This document shows positions 63,811 through 64,000 of a DNA stretch of 64,000 nt, in pieces. The first letter of the stretch is position 1, and each line of letters begins with the position of its first letter. The stretch is taken from positions 141,097 to 205,096 of the forward strand of contig CAWFGE010000014.1 of assembly GCA_963815195.1 (NCBI GenBank), read 5' to 3'. The stretch is from an uncultured Planctomycetaceae bacterium. GTDB lineage: Bacteria; Planctomycetota; Planctomycetia; Planctomycetales; Planctomycetaceae. The notes under the pieces are model-generated. The model was not told the DNA's origin and did not search any database. It saw nothing but the letters and a program-made list of their open reading frames with translations. A program made the position numbers and the translations under genes.

Positions 63811-64000
63811 GGGCAATTGTTTCATGCCCATGTCGTCGATGATCAACAGGTCGGGCTTGAGGTATCGCATCAACGTTTTGTCATCGCCATCGAACGCGGC
63901 CTCGTGCAGGAAGTCGCGGACCACGTCGAAGATCGAACGGTAGAGCACCGAAAAGCCCGCCTTGATCGCGCTGCGGCCCACGGCCTGGCAGCAATGGCTC
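63811..64000 (-). pseudogene. istB: IstB ATPase, central part up to Walker B; 5' end outside window
   Basis: 'SHCCQAVGRSAIKAGFSVLYR..YLKPDLLIIDDMGMKQLP'. Confidence 0.85.

Larger units (their letters stand above)
61211..63813 (-). mobile_element. 2.6-kb integrative element: ORF1, ORF2 and a large serine recombinase, inserted at a CCC core in istB
   Basis: CCC at both junctions (61211-61213, 63811-63813); removal restores in-frame IstB 'KQLP-KRSGE'; imperfect inverted arms at both ends. Confidence 0.9.
60642..64000 (-). mobile_element. IS21-family insertion sequence (right part), istB interrupted by a nested element; extends beyond window
   Basis: Terminal TGTCA at 60642 with internal repeats typical of IS21 ends; IstB halves at 63811-64000 and 60779-61213. 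Confidence 0.85.

Overview
GC-rich bacterial chromosomal window, very probably from a planctomycete (DUF1570, DUF1552/DUF1592 cytochrome c cluster, BatA/vWA genes, DUF1080, short PheT, 'LEARLVLSA' export motif). About 40 CDS are supported: lexA, three GT-C/ArnT-like glycosyltransferases, hydrolases, a sigma-54-linked stress and signalling cluster (15.7-26.5 kb) with three -24/-12 promoters, a sulfatase, glucose dehydrogenase, a large secreted S8 protease and pheT. About 11 genes carry a single frameshift, most likely long-read indel errors. Intergenic regions hold several REP/MITE-like repeat families and a 356-bp tandem duplication. The main find is at the right end. An IS21-family istB gene is split at a CCC core by a minimal 2.6-kb element encoding two small ORFs and a large serine recombinase. 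Rejoining the element ends in silico gives a symmetric attP-like site. It also fuses a Shine-Dalgarno sequence and ATG from one end in frame onto the first ORF at the other end, so the full gene would exist only in the excised circle. No rRNA, tRNA or CRISPR array was seen. Family assignments come from motif recognition, not database searches.
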